Part shown: positions 23,902 through 31,037 of the stretch, piece after piece
Position numbering within the stretch: the stretch's first letter is position 1
How the letters are laid out: each line of letters begins with the position of its first letter
Assembly (NCBI GenBank): GCA_046537875.1
Contig: JBKHJZ010000003.1
Location: 1-61,774 of the forward strand
Length of the DNA stretch: 61,774 bases
Origin: Acidimicrobiia bacterium
GTDB taxonomy: Bacteria; Actinomycetota; Acidimicrobiia; Acidimicrobiales; VFJN01
Direction of reading: 5' to 3'
The notes under the pieces: generated by a model
What the model saw: only the letters and a program-made list of their open reading frames with translations
The model's database searches: none
What the model was told of the DNA's origin: nothing
Made by a program: the position numbers and the translations under genes

Positions 23902-24950
23902 GCGAAACCTCCGCGGCCGCCGACCCCGCGGGATGGGCGCGCCGCCTCGGCGTGTCCCGTGAGGCCGTCGACCTGCTCCTGGCGTCGGACGCCATCGATC
24001 TCCACGTGGAGTCGTTCGTGTGGACCCGGGTCCTCCGCTACGACCTGCGGGGCTGGCACCGCCGCGCGCTCCCCGGGCACCGCTGGCTGGGTCAGGTCGA
24101 CATCCCCCGGGCCCGCGCCGCCGGCCTGGCGGGCGCGGTGATGAGCATCGCCACCAACCCGTTCCGGTCACGCGCGGGGCGGGTGGCCACGCTGGGGCGC
24201 AACCTGGCCCGCCTGCGGCGGGACCTGGGCGGCGACGGGGTCGCGGTGGTCGCCGACGCCGCCGGCTACGCCCGGGCGCGGGCGGCCGGCGACCTGGCGT
24301 GCTTCCTGGCGCTGCAGGGCGGCAACGCGCTCTCGGCCGACGACGTGGCCACCGCACCCCTCGACGACGTCTCGCGCATCACGCTGGTGCACCTCACCCG
24401 CTCCGCGCTGGGCGCCCCGAGCGCGCCCGGTGGCCGGGGTGGTGGGCTGACGCCGGAGGGGCGCCGTTTCGTCGCGGCGCTGCGGGACCGGTCGATCATC
24501 CTCGACCTGGCCCATGCGGCGCCGGCCACGTTCTGGCAGGCCCTCGACGTCCACGGCGACGGCCCGGCCATCGTCTCGCACACGGGCGTGCGGGCGTGCC
24601 GGCGGTCGTGGCGCAACCTCGACGACGACCAGATCCGGGCGATCGCGGCGCGGGGCGGCGTGGTCGGCGTCATGTTCCACCGCGGGTTCCTGGCCCGGCC
24701 GGCGCGACGGGCGACCGCGTCCGACGTGGTGCGCCACGTCGACCACGTGATCCGGGTGGGCGGGGAGGACGCGGCGGCGCTCGGTAGCGACTTCGACGGG
24801 ATGATCGTGCCACCCCGCGACCTGCCGACCGTGCTGGAGCTGCCCCGGGTCGTCCAGCGCATGCTCGACCGGGGCTACGCGCCCGAGCGGGTGCGCAAGG
24901 TGCTGGGCGGCAACTACCTGCGGGTGGTGGCCGCCGTCCGTCCCGGTTAG
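23898..24950 (+). CDS. Membrane-dipeptidase (peptidase M19 / renal dipeptidase) family protein, possibly with atypical metal ligands
   Basis: AIDLHVESF..., ITLVHLTRSAL, ILDLAHAA, PAIVSHTGVRACRRSWRNLDDDQIRAIAARGGVVGV, HVDHVIRVGGEDAAALGSDFDG and VLGGNYLRV follow the M19 motif order. The GTG at 23898 overlaps the mftF stop. Confidence 0.8.
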   Translation: MSETSAAADPAGWARRLGVSREAVDLLLASDAIDLHVESFVWTRVLRYDLRGWHRRALPGHRWLGQVDIPRARAAGLAGAVMSIATNPFRSRAGRVATLGRNLARLRRDLGGDGVAVVADAAGYARARAAGDLACFLALQGGNALSADDVATAPLDDVSRITLVHLTRSALGAPSAPGGRGGGLTPEGRRFVAALRDRSIILDLAHAAPATFWQALDVHGDGPAIVSHTGVRACRRSWRNLDDDQIRAIAARGGVVGVMFHRGFLARPARRATASDVVRHVDHVIRVGGEDAAALGSDFDGMIVPPRDLPTVLELPRVVQRMLDRGYAPERVRKVLGGNYLRVVAAVRPG

Positions 24951-24963
24951 GGCGTCCGCGGAG

Positions 24964-26082
24964 TCAGACGACCAGGGTCAGCCGCTCGGGCGCCGGCGGC
25001 TGCTCCCCGCCGTCGATCTCGCCGCGCTCGGCCCGGCGCATCATCCGGAGGATGTGGGGGCCCAGGACGTCGATCGGCGTGCTGGCGAACTGCTCCCCGC
25101 CGAACCTGCGGACGTTCTCGGTCTGCCGGCGCAGCACCCAGGCGTCCTGCCGCAGGATCTGGTCGGCGATCGGCACCGCCACCGCCCGCACCAGGGCCGC
25201 AGGTAGCCGCACCCGGAACGTGACGACGGCGTGGAGCACGGTCTCGGTGTCGCCGACCGGGGTGTAGGCCGACGTGATCACCAGGTGGCTGTCGCCCAGC
25301 CGGTACTCCACCTGGGCGATCGACGGCAGCAGGTAGCGGTCGACGTGCTCGACCACCCCGCCCTCCGGCGCCAGCACCCGGGCCGCGAGGCCGGGCGGGA
25401 GCGGCTCGCCCTCGTAGACGGCCTCGACCAGCCCGGGGCCGTGCCGGACCGTCACCTCGACGGGAACCGGGCGGCGCCGGCCCCGGAACAGGCCCCGGTG
25501 CAGGAACGCGGTGTGGGGGACGTCGAGCGCGTTCTCCACTGCGGCGTGGACCGTGGCCGCGAGGGGGCGGCTCCGCCACACCGACGAGTAGCCGGCCTCG
25601 CCGACGTGGGGCATCCGCAGCGGCTCGGCCTGCACGGGCCCCTCGGCGCTCGGGACCACCCACACGAGGCCGTCGCGCTCGACGGCGGGGAAGGACGGCA
25701 CCCGGCGGGCGACCCGGTCGGGGTTCTCCTCGCGCAGCCCCGGCACCTCGCGGCAGGCGCCGTCGCCGTCGAACCGCCACCCGTGATAGCGGCAGGCGAT
25801 CTGGCCGTCGGGCCGCCGCTCGCCGAGCGACAGCGGCACGTTGCGGTGCGGGCACCGGTCGAGCAGTGCGACCGGACGGCCGCGCGCATCCCGGAACAGC
25901 GCCAGCGGCACGCCGAGGACGGTCCGGCCGACCGGCCGCCGGCGCAGCTCGCGCGCCAGGCAGGCGACGTACCAGTAGCGGGGGAGCTGGACCGCCGACG
26001 AGCGGCCGGTCGGGGCGCCCGGCGCGGGACCCGTTGCGCCCGGCGGGCGACCGGGGGCGGCCGGCGAGGGATCGTCCGGCAT
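24964..26082 (-). CDS. Rieske [2Fe-2S] non-heme-iron oxygenase, alpha-subunit type (PaO/KshA-like single-component architecture)
   Basis: From the ATG at 26082: Rieske motif CPHRNVPLSLGERRPDGQIACRYHGWRF and mononuclear-Fe motif ENALDVPHTAFLH (D-x2-H-x4-H). The upstream part of the 676-aa track ORF is Arg/Pro-rich and rejected. Confidence 0.85.
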   Translation of the reverse strand: MPDDPSPAAPGRPPGATGPAPGAPTGRSSAVQLPRYWYVACLARELRRRPVGRTVLGVPLALFRDARGRPVALLDRCPHRNVPLSLGERRPDGQIACRYHGWRFDGDGACREVPGLREENPDRVARRVPSFPAVERDGLVWVVPSAEGPVQAEPLRMPHVGEAGYSSVWRSRPLAATVHAAVENALDVPHTAFLHRGLFRGRRRPVPVEVTVRHGPGLVEAVYEGEPLPPGLAARVLAPEGGVVEHVDRYLLPSIAQVEYRLGDSHLVITSAYTPVGDTETVLHAVVTFRVRLPAALVRAVAVPIADQILRQDAWVLRRQTENVRRFGGEQFASTPIDVLGPHILRMMRRAERGEIDGGEQPPAPERLTLVV

Positions 26083-26126
26083 CACGCCGACAACCGTAGC
26101 GGTGGCCGCGCCGTGCCCCCGGGCGT

Positions 26127-26942
26127 TCACGCGCTCGCGGCCGGGCCGTCGCAGAGCCAGGCCACGCCGATGACGCCGGGGCCGGTGTGGACCGCCATGG
26201 CCGCGCTGGGGTGCTCGACCGGTCCCGCGCCCACCATCCGGGCGAGACGGGCACCGGCGCCGTGATCGTGCGCCGTGAAGACGACGGCCCGTTCCCCCTG
26301 CGGGCCTCCCTCGGCGCGCCACAGGGCCGCCAGCTCGACGGCCGGGTCGGCGCCGGCGGGGGCGAGGTGCGCGACCTCGACGAGTCCGCCGCTCAGCCGG
26401 AACAGGGGCAGCCGGGTGGCGGCGGTGCCGAGCGCCTCGACGGTCGACGGGGGCAGGATGCCGCTCTCTCCGATGGGGCCGGGCGACCCGACCGTGGCGA
26501 CCAACCGCACGCGACGGGACGCGTCCTCGGCCGCCGCCACCACGTCGTCGAGGGTCCCTCCCTCCTCGGCGCACCGGCACGCAGCCGAGACCACGAGGGC
26601 CTGGCCGGCGGCGGCGGTGCGGCTGTCGACGACGGCGGCGGGGACATCGGTGAGGTAGACGGCGTTCGTGGCGTTCCGCCACATCGCGGTCAGCTCTGCG
26701 GCGGGCGTGATCACGACGGCGGCAGGTGCGTCGCCGTGCTCGAGGACCTCGACGTAGTCGACGACCGACGGGGCGCGGGTCTTGACCGGTTCGTGGCGGC
26801 GGAGGGCGGCCACGACCCGCTGTGGCGGCACCCGGTGGTCGGGCGCCTCCGTGTCCGGGAGCAGCACCGTGATCGGCACGACCCGGACACCGGGTGCCGG
26901 CTGCATGATCCCGCTCGAATCTGTCACGACGGCCGTGTGCAT
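26127..26942 (-). CDS. DegV-family (fatty-acid-binding, FakB-like) protein
   Basis: MHTAVVTDSSGIM...VVPITVLL...VKTRAPSVVDYVEVL..., ...SRTAAAGQALVV..., and C-terminal ...AMAVHTGPGVIGVAW follow the DegV pattern. Confidence 0.8.
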   Translation of the reverse strand: MHTAVVTDSSGIMQPAPGVRVVPITVLLPDTEAPDHRVPPQRVVAALRRHEPVKTRAPSVVDYVEVLEHGDAPAAVVITPAAELTAMWRNATNAVYLTDVPAAVVDSRTAAAGQALVVSAACRCAEEGGTLDDVVAAAEDASRRVRLVATVGSPGPIGESGILPPSTVEALGTAATRLPLFRLSGGLVEVAHLAPAGADPAVELAALWRAEGGPQGERAVVFTAHDHGAGARLARMVGAGPVEHPSAAMAVHTGPGVIGVAWLCDGPAASA

Positions 26943-26992
26943 GAGACCCTGTGTGTGTCGACGAGCCGATTCTTGCCGAGGCGACGACCAGC

Positions 26993-27784
26993 ATGGACGA
27001 TGGCCGCTACACGATCAGCGAGCTGGTGAGTCGCACGGGCGTTCCGGCGGCCACCATCCACCACTACCGGTCGCTCGATCTCCTGCCGCCGGCCGAGCCG
27101 GTGGCGCGCAATCGCTTCCTGTACGGCGAGCGTCATGTGCAGGCCGTCAAGCTGATCCGCCTGCTGAGGGACCGTCGCCGGCTCCCCCTCGGCGTGATCC
27201 GCGATGTGCTGCCGGAGCTTCTCGCCGGCGGCGACGAGGAGGCGTTTCGCCCGGAGACCTGGTCGCGTGCGCTCGCGGAGCACGACGCGCGCACCGGCTC
27301 GCGCGACGCCGTGGTGCACGCGGCGGCCGACCTGTTCGGCTCCCGGGGCTATGCGGAGGTGAGCATCGCGGACGTCGCCGAGGCAGCCGGCGTCGCGAAG
27401 GGCACCGTCTACCTCCACGTCGCCTCGAAGGAGGACCTCTTCTTCGCTGCGGTGGACGTCGCCGTCGCCGGTGTGCTGTCCCGCTTCACCGGGGCGGTCG
27501 TCGAGCGCGGCGGACGCGTCGGGGTCGGCGACGCGGCCAAGCTGGTCGGCGCGGCGATCCGGCCGGCCGTCCCGCTGCTGCTCGAGCTGGCGGCCCGGGC
27601 GGCCCAGAGCCATCCCGGCCACCCGGCGGCGGGTCGGCGGGTGCTCGACGCGCTGCTCACCGGTGTCGGCGAGCAGGTGGTGGGCAGCGCATCCGCGCGC
27701 GAGCGCGGCGCAGAAGCCCTGCAGGCCGTGATCGTCGACGCGTTCCGTGCCGCCGTGCCCCCCGGCGAGGATCTCCTGCGCTGA
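26993..27784 (+). CDS. Transcriptional regulator with two DNA-binding domains: N-terminal MerR-type HTH fused to a TetR-type HTH/ligand domain
   Basis: MerR HTH: YTISELVSRTGVPAATIHHYRSLDLLPPAEPVARNRFLYGERHVQAVKLIRLLR. TetR HTH: AVVHAAADLFGSRGYAEVSIADVAEAAGVAKGTVYLHVASKEDLFFAAV. ATG 26993 is preferred over the track start 26951. Confidence 0.8.
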   Translation: MDDGRYTISELVSRTGVPAATIHHYRSLDLLPPAEPVARNRFLYGERHVQAVKLIRLLRDRRRLPLGVIRDVLPELLAGGDEEAFRPETWSRALAEHDARTGSRDAVVHAAADLFGSRGYAEVSIADVAEAAGVAKGTVYLHVASKEDLFFAAVDVAVAGVLSRFTGAVVERGGRVGVGDAAKLVGAAIRPAVPLLLELAARAAQSHPGHPAAGRRVLDALLTGVGEQVVGSASARERGAEALQAVIVDAFRAAVPPGEDLLR

Positions 27785-27874
27785 CCCCGGCGCTGCCGTG
27801 GCTCGGCGGTCGAGCGACCGGGGCGGACAGGAACCGTTTGCCGGGGCCCCCTCACGCATATATAACTGAGCAGA

Positions 27875-27888
27875 ACTGACCAGTCAGT
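27875..27888. promoter_or_regulatory. Candidate operator: inverted repeat ACTGAC-ca-GTCAGT in an AT-richer island upstream of hpnC
   Basis: ACTGAC (27875-27880) and GTCAGT (27883-27888) are exact reverse complements. The preceding 10-mer AACTGAGCAG/AACTGACCAG is tandemly duplicated. TATATAA lies at about 27858-27864. AAGGAG (27911-27916) sits 9 nt before the hpnC TTG start. Confidence 0.35.
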
Positions 27889-27925
27889 CAGACCGTTTGT
27901 CAGTGAGGGGAAGGAGCCCGCCGGG

Positions 27926-28792
27926 TTGGCGTCACGTGTCCTCGCGCGCCCCAGCGACGTCGCCATCGCCGCGAGAGCCGGCGACGAGAACTTCCCGGTC
28001 GCCAGCCGTCTCCTGCCGGGCCGCCTCCGGAGCCACCTCCTCGCCGTCTACGGCTTCTGCCGCCTGGCCGACGAGCTCGGTGACACCTACGAGGGGGACC
28101 GCCTCGCCGCCCTCGACTGGCTCGAGGCCGAGCTCGACCGGGCCTACGCCGGCACCGCCCGGCACCCGACCCTGCGGCGGCTCTCGGCCACCCTGGCGGC
28201 GGTCGAGCTGCCGCGCCGGCCCTTCGCCGATCTCATCGAGGCCAACCGCATCGACCAGCGGGTGCACCGCTACGGCACGTTCGACGAGCTGGTCGGCTAC
28301 TGCCGGTTCTCCGCGAACCCCGTGGGGCGGCTGGTCCTCGACCTCTTCGGTGCGACGACGCCCGAGCGGGTCGCGTGGTCGGACCGCGTCTGCACCGGCC
28401 TGCAACTCGCCGAGCACTGGCAGGACGTCGGCGAGGATGTCGCCGCCGGGCGCGTCTACCTCCCCGAGGAGGACCTCGACCGCTTCGGGGTCACCGTGGA
28501 GCATCTCTGCGGCCCGAGTGCGACGCAGCCCCTGCGCGCGCTCCTGCGCTTCGAGGTGGCCCGCACCAGGTGGTGGTTGGCGGACGGGCGCCGACTGGTC
28601 GCCGACCTGAGGGGCCCGGCGCGGCTGGCGACCGCCGGGTTCGTGGCCGGAGGATCGGCTGCGCTCGACGCCATCCTCGCAGCCGACTGCGACGTGCTCG
28701 CCCGTCGCGCTCGCCCCCGCCCGGGCCGCCTCGCCCGCCACGCCGCGGCGCTGCTGCTGACGCGCGTCCGCCCGGCCGGGAGGCGCCCGTGA
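27926..28792 (+). CDS. hpnC: Hydroxysqualene synthase HpnC (squalene/phytoene synthase family)
   Basis: ...AGDENFPVASRLLP...LLAVYGFCRLADELGD... is an HpnC-type N-terminus. ...YCRFSANPVGRL... and LQLAEHWQDVGEDVAAGRVYLPEEDL also fit. TTG start with an AAGGAG RBS. Confidence 0.85.
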   Translation: MASRVLARPSDVAIAARAGDENFPVASRLLPGRLRSHLLAVYGFCRLADELGDTYEGDRLAALDWLEAELDRAYAGTARHPTLRRLSATLAAVELPRRPFADLIEANRIDQRVHRYGTFDELVGYCRFSANPVGRLVLDLFGATTPERVAWSDRVCTGLQLAEHWQDVGEDVAAGRVYLPEEDLDRFGVTVEHLCGPSATQPLRALLRFEVARTRWWLADGRRLVADLRGPARLATAGFVAGGSAALDAILAADCDVLARRARPRPGRLARHAAALLLTRVRPAGRRP

Positions 28793-29679
28793 CCCTCACC
28801 TCGACCCCGCCGGTCGGCCTCGACGCCGCCTATGACCGGTGCGCGGCCATCGTCGCCGCCGAGGCGAGGAACTTCGCCCACGGCATCCGCCTGCTGCGGC
28901 GTCCCGAGCGGCGGGCCCTGTCGGCGATCTACGCGCTCGCCCGCCGCATCGACGACATCGGCGACGGCGACCTCCCCGCCGACCGCAAGCGGGCCGAGCT
29001 CGCGGCCGTGCGGGCCGCGGTCGCCGCCGTGCGGGAGACGGGCCGCCCGCCCGACCCCACCGACCCGGTGCTGGTCGCACTGGCCGACGTGGTGCGCGCC
29101 CACCCGGTGCCGCTCGACGCCGTCGACGAGCTGATCGACGGGTGCGCGCGTGACGTCGAGGGCGCCCGGTACGCCACCTTCGGCGAGCTGGTCGAGTACT
29201 GCCGGCTGGTGGCCGGGTCGGTCGGCCGGTTGTCGCTCGGCGTGTTCGGCCGCGCCCGGCCGGCGCCGGCCGGTGAGGCCGAGCGGAGGGCGGACGCCCT
29301 CGGCATCGCCCTGCAGATCACCAACATCCTGCGCGACATCGTCGAGGACCGGGAGGAGCTGGGCCGGGTCTACCTGCCGGACGACGACATCGCCCGGTTC
29401 GGCTGTCGCCCCGACCTCACCGGACCCACCGACGCGGTGGCCGCGCTCGTGATCTTCGAGGCCGCCCGGGCCCGCGAGTGGTACGGCGTGGGTCTCGGCC
29501 TGCTGCCGCTGCTCGACCACCGGTCGCGGGCCTGCGTGGGCGCCATGGCGGGGATCTACCGCCGGCTCCTCGCCCGCATCGAGGCCGACCCGGCGGCGGT
29601 GCTCCGCACCCGCGTCTCGCTTCCCCCGTGGGAGAAGGCGGTCGTCGCCGGGCGTGCGGTGGTGGGGAGGGTGCCGTGA
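28789..29679 (+). CDS. hpnD: Presqualene diphosphate synthase HpnD
   Basis: YDRCAAIVAAEARNFAHGIRLL...LSAIYALARRIDDIGDG...YCRLVAGSVGRL...LQITNILRDIVEDREELGRVYLPDDD. GTGA overlap with hpnC. Confidence 0.85.
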   Translation: MTLTSTPPVGLDAAYDRCAAIVAAEARNFAHGIRLLRRPERRALSAIYALARRIDDIGDGDLPADRKRAELAAVRAAVAAVRETGRPPDPTDPVLVALADVVRAHPVPLDAVDELIDGCARDVEGARYATFGELVEYCRLVAGSVGRLSLGVFGRARPAPAGEAERRADALGIALQITNILRDIVEDREELGRVYLPDDDIARFGCRPDLTGPTDAVAALVIFEAARAREWYGVGLGLLPLLDHRSRACVGAMAGIYRRLLARIEADPAAVLRTRVSLPPWEKAVVAGRAVVGRVP

Positions 29680-31037
29680 GCGCGGCCGGGCCCACCGTCG
29701 CGGTGGTCGGTGGCGGCCTGGCCGGGATCACCGCCGCGCTCGATGCCGCCGACGCGGGGGCCCGCGTCGTGCTGCTCGAGCGTCGCCGCCGCCTCGGCGG
29801 CGCGACGTGGTCGTTCCGACGGAACGGCGCCTGGTTCGACAACGGGCAGCACGTCTTCCTGCGCTGCTGCACGGCCTACACGGCGCTGCTCCGGCGGCTG
29901 GGCGTCGACCACCTGGTGCACCTGCAGCCGCGCATGGACGTGCCGGTGCTCACCCCCGGCGGGCGCGCCGGGCGGCTCCGCCGCGACCCGTTGCCGGTTC
30001 CGTTCCACCTCGCACGGTCGTTGATCCGGTACCGGCACCTGTCGTGGACCGAGCGCCTGCGCCTGGCCGGGCCCGCGCTGGCGTTGCGGCGCATCGACCC
30101 GGGCGACCCGGCGCTCGACAGCCTGACCTTCGGCGAGTGGCTGACGGCGCGCGGGCAGTCGGGCCGGGCCGTCGAGACGCTGTGGGACCTCATCTGCCTG
30201 CCCACCGTGAACCTGCACGCCCGCCACGCGTCGATGGCGTTGGCCGCCAGGGTGTTCCGGACGGGCCTGCTCACCGACCCCGGCGGGGCCGACATCGGAT
30301 GGGCCCGCGTGCCGCTCGGACGCCTGCACGGGGACGCCGCGGGCGCGGCGATGGCCGCCGCGGGGGTCGAGGTCCGCACCGGCGCCCGGACGTCACGTGT
30401 CGAGGAGACCGGCGAGGGCTTCGTCGTGCGGGGCGACGCCGGCGGCCTGCGCGCCGACGCCGTGGTGCTCGCGGTCCCGCACGACGTCGCCGGGAGGCTC
30501 GCCCCGGCGACGTCCGGGCTCGACTGCGAGCGCCTGGCTGCTCTCGGCGCCTCGCCCATCGTCAACGTCCACCTCGTCTACGACCGCCCGGTCACCCGTC
30601 TCGCCCTCGCCGCCGCGGTGGGCAGCCCGGTGCAGTTCGTCTTCGACCGCACCGAGGCCGCCGGCCTCGACGCCGGCCAGGCCCTCGCGGTCTCGCTGTC
30701 GGCGGCGGACGACGTGATCGGCGAGCGACCGGAGCGCCTCGTCGAACGCCACCGGGCCGCGATGGGCGACCTGTTCCCCGCCGCCCGCCACGCCCGGCTG
30801 GCCGACGCGGTGGTGACGCGCGAGCGGGCGGCCACGTTCCGGGGCGTGCCCGGCACCGCCGCCGCCCGGCCCGGCCCCGCAACCGCCTGCCGGGGCCTCA
30901 CCGTCGCCGGGGCGTGGACCGACACCGGGTGGCCGGCGACCATGGAGGGCGCGGTGCGCAGCGGTCACGCAGCCGCGCGCCACGCCCTCCTCGCCGTCGG
31001 CCGCTCCCGACGCCTGCCCGAGGAGGTTCCTGCGTGA
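29676..31037 (+). CDS. hpnE: Hydroxysqualene dehydroxylase HpnE (FAD-dependent amine-oxidase/desaturase fold)
   Basis: VAVVGGGLAGITAALDAADAGARVVLLERRRRLGG... and C-terminal ...LTVAGAWTDTGWPATMEGAVRSG. GTGA overlap with hpnD. Confidence 0.85.
   Translation: MSAAGPTVAVVGGGLAGITAALDAADAGARVVLLERRRRLGGATWSFRRNGAWFDNGQHVFLRCCTAYTALLRRLGVDHLVHLQPRMDVPVLTPGGRAGRLRRDPLPVPFHLARSLIRYRHLSWTERLRLAGPALALRRIDPGDPALDSLTFGEWLTARGQSGRAVETLWDLICLPTVNLHARHASMALAARVFRTGLLTDPGGADIGWARVPLGRLHGDAAGAAMAAAGVEVRTGARTSRVEETGEGFVVRGDAGGLRADAVVLAVPHDVAGRLAPATSGLDCERLAALGASPIVNVHLVYDRPVTRLALAAAVGSPVQFVFDRTEAAGLDAGQALAVSLSAADDVIGERPERLVERHRAAMGDLFPAARHARLADAVVTRERAATFRGVPGTAAARPGPATACRGLTVAGAWTDTGWPATMEGAVRSGHAAARHALLAVGRSRRLPEEVPA

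Noticed and set aside
21263-24357. 910-aa and 736-aa minus-strand ORFs antisense to mftE, the SDR and mftF
   Set aside because: Their composition is dominated by R/P/G/A runs, for example RRRRPRRPGARGAA. The plus-strand genes have unambiguous motifs and coupled starts, so there is no support for antisense coding.
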